IMG/VR virus record: IMGVR_UViG_3300034168_000141
Location: 1 to 61,462 of that record
Direction: 5' to 3' (one strand)
Origin: a virus
Taxonomy: Duplodnaviria > Caudoviricetes
Length of the DNA stretch: 61,462 nt
Each line of letters opens with the position of its first letter. Position 1 is the first letter of the stretch. This document shows, piece by piece, positions 1 to 7,275 of this stretch. The notes below the pieces were generated by a model. It did not search any database. It saw only the letters and a list, made by a program, of their open reading frames with translations, and was not told the origin of the DNA. The position numbers were made by a program, and so were the translations under genes.

Positions 1-106
1 AATGTTAAAGAAGAACCACCGCCTGATGAAGCAGGGAAGTTAGCCAAGCTACCATCACCTCTCACATATTGTGATACAGTACCTGCTCCTGTAACCGCTA
101 TATCTC
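1..106 (+). repeat. Terminal direct repeat, left copy (circular overlap)
   Basis: Identical to 61357-61462 and to 31116-31221. Confidence 0.97.
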
Positions 107-1712
107 CACTACTTGTAATAGGGCTGTTCGCTACACTAAATGCTGAAGGCATTGTTAAGCCCACACTTGTAACTGTTCCTCCACTGGAAGGCGCTGAGTT
201 AGTTACTGTGAAGTTAGGATAAGTTCCTGTAACTCCAATACCGGTACCAGCTGTTAATGCTACTACTTGGTCAGGTGCTGTATTCGTTATTGTCTGATTA
301 GGATATGCTCCTGTAATACTTATTCCTGTTCCTGCGGTTGGATTGTATTGAGCAGGTATAACAGGAAATGTAGCTAAGCTGCCATCACCTCTGAGATATT
401 GCAGAGTAGTTCCAGTTGGTGTGTTAAACTTGCCGTTAAAAATTAACCAATCACTTGAAAGTAAATATCCATTAGTCGTGCCATTAGCAGATGACATAGA
501 TAGGTTAGGAGTAGATCCACCTGTAGATGACATTGGAGCAGTAGCCGTAACAGCCGTAACCGTTCCACCTGAAGGTGCATTATTGGTAATGGTAAAGTTC
601 GGATATGTACCCGTTACTGCTATACCACTCCCTGCGGTTAACGCTACCACCTGATCAGGAGCTGAGTTAGTTACCGTAATGCTTCCGCTACTTGTTACCG
701 GGCTACCGCTTACGCTGATCCCTGTGCCTGCCGTTACACCTACACTTGTTACTGTTCCATTTGTCAGCGTTGGCTTGTTAAGAATTTGACTCACCCCACT
801 TGTGCTATTCCAATCTGAATTAACCTGAGCAGCAGGGATAGTAGGCTTATTGAGAATCTGAGCTACTCCACTAACTGCATTCCAATCGCTATTAACTTGG
901 GCCGCTGGTATAGTCGGCTTGTTATCTAAATCATCATAGTCATTACTAAAGGCAGTAGCTCCTAAATCAGCAGTGTTAGCTTTTAAAGCTATCTCAGCTT
1001 GCAGAGCTGCAATGTCATCAACTATAGAAATGATAACAGCGCATTCAGGTAAATCTTCACAAGTTAAACCACCTGCCTCAAGTACATGCCATCCTTTTAC
1101 ACCTTCAGCATCTGTACCATAGTAATAAGTGTTGCCAGGTGTTTCCTCGTCATTAACTAATGAGACATTAAAGCCCTGCTGAGTGATGCTATTAATGAAT
1201 GTAAGATAGTTATTTGCTTCGCTTGGTGAATCTGTAGGTGTGTTATAGTTCCAGCTTGCAGGAATAGAGCATGCGCTCCAATCGTAATCTAAGCTCAGCT
1301 CTACTATTCCTGTTACCCCTGTTAGCGTATGAGTGTACTGCTCTACAAATGGCTCAGCATTTACCGGGCGAGTAAGCACTACATCTGAGCCGAACATATT
1401 ACCCAGGTAAATCTCGTTAATTAAATCTTGAAATATTAGTGAGCAGTCAGTAATACTTTCCGCTTGGTAGCCTGTCTTATCTTCCTTATCTCTTGGTAGA
1501 TCGCTAATGAATATCTCAAAGCTGAAGCTCCGGGTACCTGGTGCGTAGTTAATAGCACGTGGCTTAACGTGCAGCCAAGGCCACTCTGCCTCTTTCTCTA
1601 AATCGGCTTGGCTAATCTCACCATGTGTAAACCTGCGCAGCTGAAAGTGTCCATCTGCAAATTGTCTAAAACGGTCTACTATGACGTTATATGTATAATT
1701 GATTGTGCTCAT
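1..1712 (-). CDS. Fibre protein of genome A, 5' part (N-terminal tail-completion-like domain plus Gly/Thr-rich repeats); runs off the left end
   Basis: Not in ORF track; ATG at 1712 (MSTINYTYNVIVDRFRQFADGHF...), homologous to the N-terminus of 29858..32101; in frame with both 60141..61421 and the 3' part of 29858..32101 across the repeat. Confidence 0.88.
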   Translation of the reverse strand, partial: MSTINYTYNVIVDRFRQFADGHFQLRRFTHGEISQADLEKEAEWPWLHVKPRAINYAPGTRSFSFEIFISDLPRDKEDKTGYQAESITDCSLIFQDLINEIYLGNMFGSDVVLTRPVNAEPFVEQYTHTLTGVTGIVELSLDYDWSACSIPASWNYNTPTDSPSEANNYLTFINSITQQGFNVSLVNDEETPGNTYYYGTDAEGVKGWHVLEAGGLTCEDLPECAVIISIVDDIAALQAEIALKANTADLGATAFSNDYDDLDNKPTIPAAQVNSDWNAVSGVAQILNKPTIPAAQVNSDWNSTSGVSQILNKPTLTNGTVTSVGVTAGTGISVSGSPVTSSGSITVTNSAPDQVVALTAGSGIAVTGTYPNFTITNNAPSGGTVTAVTATAPMSSTGGSTPNLSMSSANGTTNGYLLSSDWLIFNGKFNTPTGTTLQYLRGDGSLATFPVIPAQYNPTAGTGISITGAYPNQTITNTAPDQVVALTAGTGIGVTGTYPNFTVTNSAPSSGGTVTSVGLTMPSAFSVANSPITSSGDIAVTGAGTVSQYVRGDGSLANFPASSGGGSSLT

Positions 1713-1882
1713 ATCTTATAGTGTAAATTAAGACAGCTTTTGTTGTAATGCGTTTGCGTAATCCATAGCATAGGTTAAATGGGTAAATATTGTTGAAGCT
1801 CTCGTATTAGTTATAGCATCAAACTTAGTTATATCTCGCTCAGCCATCTCCTCTATCACGTGCCACCATTGGTACACACTTG

Positions 1883-2467
1883 CTAATGTTTCACCTCTTC
1901 TGCTAATTGACTGATCTCCCTCTTCAATGTCTCCAGCTCCTGCTCTAAATATTCGGGTGTACTGTTCACTAAATCGTTTCTGAGTGTCGAAAAAAAAAGC
2001 AGCGCAGCATTCACATTGGCTAAATTCATCTTCCTCATTTGAGGCACGTACTTCATGTGAGTAGTGCTATCATAATCCTCTATCTTGTATTGCAGATTAA
2101 TCTCAGCTGTTACCGGTCTATAGAGAATGCACATAAGCTCAGGCATCTGATGGGGGAAGTTCTTACTAAACTCAGATAGATCTAACCACTCTCCAAAGGT
2201 CATGCTCTTGAGATCAGGATGAAAGCCGAACTTAACCCCATCTATCTCTATGAACTTCTGAAATATCTTCTCGTCATTCTTTAAGCCTGCTGCATAGGTG
2301 CTTACTATCTTATCAATAGTAGGCATGTCTATCTTGCGTATATCATCTCGCTTTAATCCTGTGATGGCTGCTATCTGAGATATGCTATCTGTACCGGCAG
2401 CTATAAAATCTACATAAGTACCCAGTGTCTGATCTGAATACTTAGTGCTAATTATCTTCTCGCTCAT
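1883..2467 (-). CDS. Putative tail assembly chaperone; -1 frameshift at T9 (1990-1998) extends it to the stop at 1728-1730
   Basis: Homologue of 32240..32824; CTT TTT TTT TCG slippery site with an open, conserved -1 frame. Confidence 0.7.
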   Translation of the reverse strand: MSEKIISTKYSDQTLGTYVDFIAAGTDSISQIAAITGLKRDDIRKIDMPTIDKIVSTYAAGLKNDEKIFQKFIEIDGVKFGFHPDLKSMTFGEWLDLSEFSKNFPHQMPELMCILYRPVTAEINLQYKIEDYDSTTHMKYVPQMRKMNLANVNAALLFFSTLRNDLVNSTPEYLEQELETLKREISQLAEEVKH

Positions 2468-2871
2468 ATGTTTGTACCATCAATAGTTATGTTAATGCTC
2501 TTTATCTCTGTGCTCAGCTCTTGCCTCTCTATGTAACCTCTCTGCTTACCTTGAGTCTTAAGGTAAAAGATAACAGCTGATGTGTTAGGTGCATCTTTAA
2601 TAGTTACCACATCACCATCATGGGTGAGCGCTTGGCGCTCTGCTCCCTCCATCAGCTTCTTAAGCTGCGACTCAGCAAAGTCTAAAGCTACATTCTTAAG
2701 TGAAGCTACAGCAGCGTTATACTCAGCATCATCTTTGAGCCATTCATAGTGAATAGTTCTACTGATCCCCAACTTCTCACAGGCTTCAGTTACGTTACCT
2801 AAAGAAGCAGTAAGCGCCTGAAGCATAGCATCTTTTTTCAGCGTTAACTTTTGTACAGGCTCCTCACTCAT
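2464..2871 (-). CDS. terS: Putative terminase small subunit (HTH)
   Basis: N-terminal HTH (GNVTEACEKLGISRTIHYEW) and AVIFYLKTQGKQRGYIER motif typical of phage TerS; same slot as B 33267..33647. Confidence 0.65.
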   Translation of the reverse strand: MSEEPVQKLTLKKDAMLQALTASLGNVTEACEKLGISRTIHYEWLKDDAEYNAAVASLKNVALDFAESQLKKLMEGAERQALTHDGDVVTIKDAPNTSAVIFYLKTQGKQRGYIERQELSTEIKSINITIDGTNI

Positions 2872-3221
2872 GCTAACTTATTCTTAAAGTGTGTTATTAA
2901 TTGCTCCATCTTACTATCATAGTATTTAGCAAAGGTAGTAAATCCCTCTGAATCAGCCTCATAAACCCTAAACATTATTCCTCTTAATCTCTGTGATGGC
3001 TTTTTGAGTGTATCTTCTAACTCTGATTTCAAGCTTTCTACTGCATCCAGCTCCTCACGTCTAAAGCTCTCGTCTTTAAACGCAAGATACCCGAACTGAT
3101 TAGCTGTACCAAACAGCTCAGCAGCCTGAGAAGGTGTGAGCTCATTAGTGCCAAAGGTAAGTTTTAAAGTCTTATCTTTTCTTGTGCCTACTGATTCAAG
3201 CTGCGCTGGTATTAATATCAT
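2868..3221 (-). CDS. Phage hypothetical protein
   Basis: ORF coupled to neighbours by 4-nt overlaps. Confidence 0.7.
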   Translation of the reverse strand: MILIPAQLESVGTRKDKTLKLTFGTNELTPSQAAELFGTANQFGYLAFKDESFRREELDAVESLKSELEDTLKKPSQRLRGIMFRVYEADSEGFTTFAKYYDSKMEQLITHFKNKLA

Positions 3222-3613
3222 TTGTTTAATATGATTGAATTGAATTCGGTTTCTGCATTTATAATGTTATTTGTAATTTCCTTATGAAGCGTATTAATGT
3301 TAAAAGCAATTTCATAAAATTCCAATTCAATAGCATCTGCCTTAGCCATTAAACAACAGTCCAAAAAGTATTGAGTATTAATAGTAGATTGATTACCTGC
3401 ATGATATCCTAACCAAAATCCTGTTATCAAACCATCTGAATTGCCATTGTAATACAAAAATTTAAAATTATTACCTTTAATATTGCTTTTTAACATAGCC
3501 CATGAAGCACCGTCAGTTTGGAAATCATCGTCATTAATGAATCCATAGTTTTCATCAAACCATTTAATTTGATGTTCTGGAACTATTACAAGTTTGGTTT
3601 CAGTAAATATCAT
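3218..3613 (-). CDS. Hypothetical protein, AT-rich accessory gene
   Basis: 131 aa ORF, more AT-rich than flanks, no counterpart seen in B. Confidence 0.65.
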   Translation of the reverse strand: MIFTETKLVIVPEHQIKWFDENYGFINDDDFQTDGASWAMLKSNIKGNNFKFLYYNGNSDGLITGFWLGYHAGNQSTINTQYFLDCCLMAKADAIELEFYEIAFNINTLHKEITNNIINAETEFNSIILNK

Positions 3614-3622
3614 CTGTTAGTT

Positions 3623-3772
3623 TTACGATCCACAATAAAGACAGTCCTCATCTTCTGCACCCTCTCCAGCATTTAGAATCTTCTCACATTCTTTGTCAAT
3701 CTGCTGATCAGTCCAAGTAGGATTAAACATTTTCACCTGAGCCCTCAAAAAGTTATACTTATTGTCATTCAT
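3623..3772 (-). CDS. 49 aa protein ending EDEDCLYCGS (RNR-tail-like CxxC)
   Basis: Manual translation MNDNKYNFLRAQVKMFNPTWTDQQIDKECEKILNAGEGAEDEDCLYCGS; homologue at 32873..33028. Confidence 0.85.
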   Translation of the reverse strand: MNDNKYNFLRAQVKMFNPTWTDQQIDKECEKILNAGEGAEDEDCLYCGS

Positions 3773-4130
3773 TAGATTTAATTTTAAAAGTTACATCTAA
3801 TAGTGTAATTAGCTATAAGCTTTAGCTATTAACTCTATGCTTAGAGCTTAGATTCTGAGCTAAATGAGAGATAGAAGTATCCAAGCAAAAAGATTACTCT
3901 TTCTGTTGGGCTCTCATTTAAATGACTGTCTCTCTGCTTGTCGCTTGAGTTCTTTCGCCATTATGAGTTAGTGTCATCAGCAATGTGCACTAACATGGTA
4001 TCTATCTTTTAGAGTAATTGCCTACCCTAAGTAACCTGGAGCTTATACCTTAGCCATACTCCTGAGCTTTGTTACTATCCCGCAGTAGCTCGTTTCATTC
4101 TCTATGCTGCCGTTAATCGATTCCGCACAT

Positions 4131-4214
4131 AAAAAATATAGCCCTAAGGATGCAGGGTGAGAACATCCAAAGGGCGTATAAAACCTTAAATCAAATCTAC
4201 AGTAATACCACCCT
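4131..4214 (-). ncRNA. Candidate structured small RNA or attenuator leader (5' end complementary to terminator loop)
   Basis: TACATTTG box, 4 nt, AGGGUG ... hairpin GCCCU-UU-GGAUG/CAUCC-UU-AGGGC with CACCCU in the loop, then UAUAUUUUUU; same architecture at 35197-35266. Confidence 0.65.
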
Positions 4215-4218
4215 GTAA

Positions 4219-4226
4219 CAAATGTA
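4219..4226 (-). promoter_or_regulatory. Bacteroidota -7 promoter element TACATTTG
   Basis: Matches TAnnTTTG; intergenic; syntenic box at 35271-35278. Confidence 0.7.
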
Positions 4227-4262
4227 TTTAATATGTGTTACAAATTCTACCAATGTTAAAAA

Positions 4263-4454
4263 CTATTTTGGCTGTTGAAAACGTAGCACTGTAATGTACA
4301 CCCAAAATGGCAGCCATACAAGGCCTGTAAAAGCCACACCCACATAAGCGTACCAATGGTAGTTAGATAGGTGTCTCTGATGCTTGTAAATGTTCAGGCT
4401 CAGTATTCCAAAGTGTAGGATAAAGCCAATTAAATAAATGGTTAATAGTGTCAT
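4263..4454 (-). CDS. Small two-TM membrane protein
   Basis: Two hydrophobic segments; 4-nt overlap with upstream gene. Confidence 0.65.
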   Translation of the reverse strand: MTLLTIYLIGFILHFGILSLNIYKHQRHLSNYHWYAYVGVAFTGLVWLPFWVYITVLRFQQPK

Positions 4455-4966
4455 ATCTTTTTTCTTTTTGCTTTACGTTTCTTTATACGTTCAGGAGTAA
4501 TCTCTACTTGCGTTAATTCAGTTAATGCAGCCTTCTGCAAATCTTCTACTAATGATCTCTCTAATCTATCTAACAGCTCATTCATGCAGGGAGTGCAAGT
4601 AGTAAAGCTCTTGTTATCTTTAATGCCAAGATACTCACGTCTGAGTTTAAACAGCTGCTGCATCTCTCCAGCTTGTACACTTCCTCTCTTTCTAATAGCT
4701 CTAATTTGCTCAAGTGTTGGCATCTGCCATTCTTTTTGGTTGAGCGTTGGCCACTTCTTAGCTGGGCAGCTCGTTACTGCATAAGACGCTAAGTGATCTA
4801 CCGGGCAGCCACAAGGTTTAAAGACTACACCATCTAATGTAGTAGGCTGCTTAAATGGATTGATAGCATTTATTGGAGGTCCGCATGTTTTGTAACGCTC
4901 GTTAAATACAGGGCATGCCTTGCAGATATTTATCCTTGCTTCATAATCTGATGTGCTAATCATCAT
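4451..4966 (-). CDS. Cys-rich putative Zn-binding protein (DUF6171-like)
   Basis: RxxICxxC...CG...CGC...SCPxxKW plus a C-terminal CxxC; homologue 35319..35759. Confidence 0.7.
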   Translation of the reverse strand: MMISTSDYEARINICKACPVFNERYKTCGPPINAINPFKQPTTLDGVVFKPCGCPVDHLASYAVTSCPAKKWPTLNQKEWQMPTLEQIRAIRKRGSVQAGEMQQLFKLRREYLGIKDNKSFTTCTPCMNELLDRLERSLVEDLQKAALTELTQVEITPERIKKRKAKRKKI

Positions 4967-5466
4967 ATCTGTAATGAATTTCTTAGTGTTGTTTTAGCTT
5001 TCTGAATTGTCCTATAAAGATAGGCTAAAGGTATCCCTGTTTCTTTCGCCAATGCCTGATAAGAAAAATCATCTAAGGCATAGAGAAAGAATAGCTCACG
5101 CTCAAAGTATGGCAGTCTACTGATAAAGATATCTAACTGCTCATTCTCTAATCTCATCCCTACACTCTTATTCACATCATCCATGATATCATCTTTCAGA
5201 TCATTGCGTATCTTCTCAAACTTCCTCAGCGTATAATTAAAGCTGCTGTTACTACAGCGTGCAGCAAGTCTTATGCTATTGCTTACGTAATTGTTCAGCT
5301 TACCTCTGTTATGAATATCTTGCAGCTTATCCTTATCTGATTCTAATATCTTAAGTAGCGTGTCATGTAAAAGTTCATCTGCTACATCTGCACGCACTAC
5401 ACTATGCGCCACCCTGCGCCACTCTAAATAACACTTATCGAACTCAGAGCGCCAGGTATTCATCAA
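4963..5466 (-). CDS. Sigma-70/ECF-like RNA polymerase sigma factor
   Basis: Region-2-like ADELLHDTLLKI and region-4 HTH (ISRLPYFERELF...SYQALAKETGIP); homologue 35737..36240. Confidence 0.75.
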   Translation of the reverse strand: MMNTWRSEFDKCYLEWRRVAHSVVRADVADELLHDTLLKILESDKDKLQDIHNRGKLNNYVSNSIRLAARCSNSSFNYTLRKFEKIRNDLKDDIMDDVNKSVGMRLENEQLDIFISRLPYFERELFFLYALDDFSYQALAKETGIPLAYLYRTIQKAKTTLRNSLQI

Positions 5467-5788
5467 TAATTATTTGTGCCTGATCAAAGCTCTTGCATGT
5501 TACTGCTATGTAGCCTCTCTTCATTAATTTATTTTGCCATTCTTTCTGATGCTCACTCATTACACCCTTAGCTGTTTTCATTTCAATAGCTAAGCCATGC
5601 CATTCTTTTTTAGGCTCATAGATGAAGATATCAGGAAAGCCTTTAACGTATCCTGTTTTTTTCATCTTTACTGCCTGCTTCATGGAAGTTCTTACTCCTC
5701 CAGCTGAAGCACAATAAAGCGCCTTAGGATACTGCGCCACTAAATAGTTAATAACTGCTTCCTGTATTAGAGCTTCCTCATTCTTCAT
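5444..5788 (-). CDS. VRR-NUC domain nuclease (putative resolvase)
   Basis: E..IQ...KGFPD...AIEMKT.KG.MS..QKEW PD-(D/E)xK pattern. Confidence 0.85.
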   Translation of the reverse strand: MKNEEALIQEAVINYLVAQYPKALYCASAGGVRTSMKQAVKMKKTGYVKGFPDIFIYEPKKEWHGLAIEMKTAKGVMSEHQKEWQNKLMKRGYIAVTCKSFDQAQIIIDEYLAL

Positions 5789-5792
5789 GATT

Positions 5793-5800
5793 CAAAATTA
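5793..5800 (-). promoter_or_regulatory. -7 element TAATTTTG, 4 nt before the ATG at 5788 (possibly leaderless mRNA)
   Basis: TAnnTTTG consensus. Confidence 0.5.
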
Positions 5801-5817
5801 GCTAATTAACTTATCCT

Positions 5818-5849
5818 CTATCCACATCTTGTTAACATACTTATTCACA
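5818..5849 (+). promoter_or_regulatory. Cluster of DnaA-box-like 9-mers
   Basis: CTATCCACA 5818, TTGTTAACA 5829, TTATTCACA 5841 (last fits TTWTNCACA); 11-12 bp spacing. Confidence 0.45.
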
Positions 5850-5863
5850 TATGATTTAATCAA

Positions 5864-5871
5864 TATATTTG
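5864..5871 (+). promoter_or_regulatory. -7 element TATATTTG driving a plus-strand non-coding transcript
   Basis: TAnnTTTG consensus on the non-coding strand, followed by a terminator ~55 nt downstream. Confidence 0.65.
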
Positions 5872-5875
5872 GCTA

Positions 5876-5957
5876 TCCATTTTAGCCTTTTGGTTTAGGT
5901 TTAGATTGATTATTGATTGCTGAATAGCCTTGCAAACGTGCAGGGCTATTTTGTTTT
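5876..5957 (+). ncRNA. Candidate trans-acting sRNA complementary to early-gene translation initiation regions
   Basis: Promoter, U/G-rich core TTTTGGTTTAGGTTTAGATTGATTATTGATT, intrinsic terminator; core matches 9752-9772 and 10168-10177. Confidence 0.55.
5923..5957 (+). terminator. Intrinsic terminator (may also terminate terL on the minus strand)
   Basis: AATAGCCTTGCA-AACG-TGCAGGGCTATT followed by TTGTTTT. Confidence 0.75.
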
Positions 5958-7275
5958 AAATGAATGCGTACTTCGTGTAGTTCCTATTCAGCTCAAAGTA
6001 AGCTCTCATCATAATAGCATCTGCTATATCGGGAGATATCCCTCCGGTGCGCTGGCTGATTGTATCCTTAGAAGTAACTCGCAGCTTTCCTTCCTTATCA
6101 GGATCTACTCTTCTCACTAACTCCAGCTCTTTAATAATATCTTCCTGATATTTAATGGGGAAGGTAATCTCATTCTTATCTATGAGCTCACCTAATCTAA
6201 AGTAGCAGTCAGCTTTTAGATTCATGTACTGAGTGCCTCTTACTGCTTTGCTACCATTCATGAATTCTCTGCACCTAAGACTATCTACCAATCCACCGCC
6301 TACCCCATCAGCATCTGCAAGCACGTTGCTAAGTCTAATGCTGTGAGTGTTCATTAATCTTTGTATCTCTGCCTTTACTTCATCTTGTCTTTTTTGCTTA
6401 AGCACTACTATATCAATACAGCTTAATCCCTTCCATACACAAAGCACAGTTCTATCTTTACCCAAACGTGCTATATCCGCAGTGATGTATCCCTCTCCTA
6501 CATTCATTGGCTCTCTAAAGCAGCGCACTAATTCATCATACATATAAAGTCTATCTGAGCTGTTATCAAATTCCCAATCTCCCTCTAAGAGTCTCTTCCT
6601 GTCCGCTTCAGGTAATCGGCTAAGGCTTGTTACGTAGGAATCGGGTAAGTGTATATTATCACCAGGTAGCGCTTGAATAAATGCCCTGTGTTGGGGTAAA
6701 TTCTGATTCTTATAGGGTAAGTAGAATTGGTTATAGATCCATCCCTTTGAAGGATTGCAAGTGAGTAATATCTTAGGCTTAAGCCCAAACTCGTTTAGCT
6801 TGTACCTGATACGTGAGCTAACAATAGAATAAGCTTTCTCAGTTATCTCTGTAGCTTCGTCAATAAATGCATCTGTAATTTCAAGGCCACCTAAATCAGT
6901 CATCATCGGATCTGATGGATACAAAAACAAATCGGCTAAAATAATCTCTGAGCCATTGCTGAATTTAATGATATGGCTCTGCTGATTATAAATGAAATCT
7001 TCGCCTGCCTTTAAGCCTATTTCATGAGCCACCTGAAAGAAGGTAGCCATGGTAGTCTTTTTAAGCGTATCTAATTTAGCTCGGCCTATGAGAGATCGTG
7101 TACCTGGATACTTTAAGCGCCTAAGAATTTGCCACATGCAGCCAAGCATAGTCTTACCCCCTCCTGCTGCTCCTCCATAGAGAATAGTCTCAACGTCTGA
7201 ATCTACTGAAAGAAATTTAAGTGCCTCGCTTTGCCTTGTTAGTGGCTTAAAATTATAATCTATTTGTCTCTCCAT
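5956..7275 (-). CDS. terL: Terminase large subunit
   Basis: Walker A GGAAGGGKT, Walker B FIDE, TCNP coupling motif, nuclease DIARLGKD...SPDIADA. Confidence 0.95.
   Translation of the reverse strand: MERQIDYNFKPLTRQSEALKFLSVDSDVETILYGGAAGGGKTMLGCMWQILRRLKYPGTRSLIGRAKLDTLKKTTMATFFQVAHEIGLKAGEDFIYNQQSHIIKFSNGSEIILADLFLYPSDPMMTDLGGLEITDAFIDEATEITEKAYSIVSSRIRYKLNEFGLKPKILLTCNPSKGWIYNQFYLPYKNQNLPQHRAFIQALPGDNIHLPDSYVTSLSRLPEADRKRLLEGDWEFDNSSDRLYMYDELVRCFREPMNVGEGYITADIARLGKDRTVLCVWKGLSCIDIVVLKQKRQDEVKAEIQRLMNTHSIRLSNVLADADGVGGGLVDSLRCREFMNGSKAVRGTQYMNLKADCYFRLGELIDKNEITFPIKYQEDIIKELELVRRVDPDKEGKLRVTSKDTISQRTGGISPDIADAIMMRAYFELNRNYTKYAFI

Noticed and set aside
1-106. Biological terminal repeat of a linear virion genome
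   Set aside because: It lies mid-gene inside the shared core and has a third internal copy, as expected for an assembly overlap.
3953-3980. Hammerhead ribozyme (CUGAUGA…GAAA on the minus strand)
   Set aside because: Stem II does not close (C opposite C) and no stem III/NUH was found; the bases fit a simple GTTAGTG/CACTAAC hairpin better.
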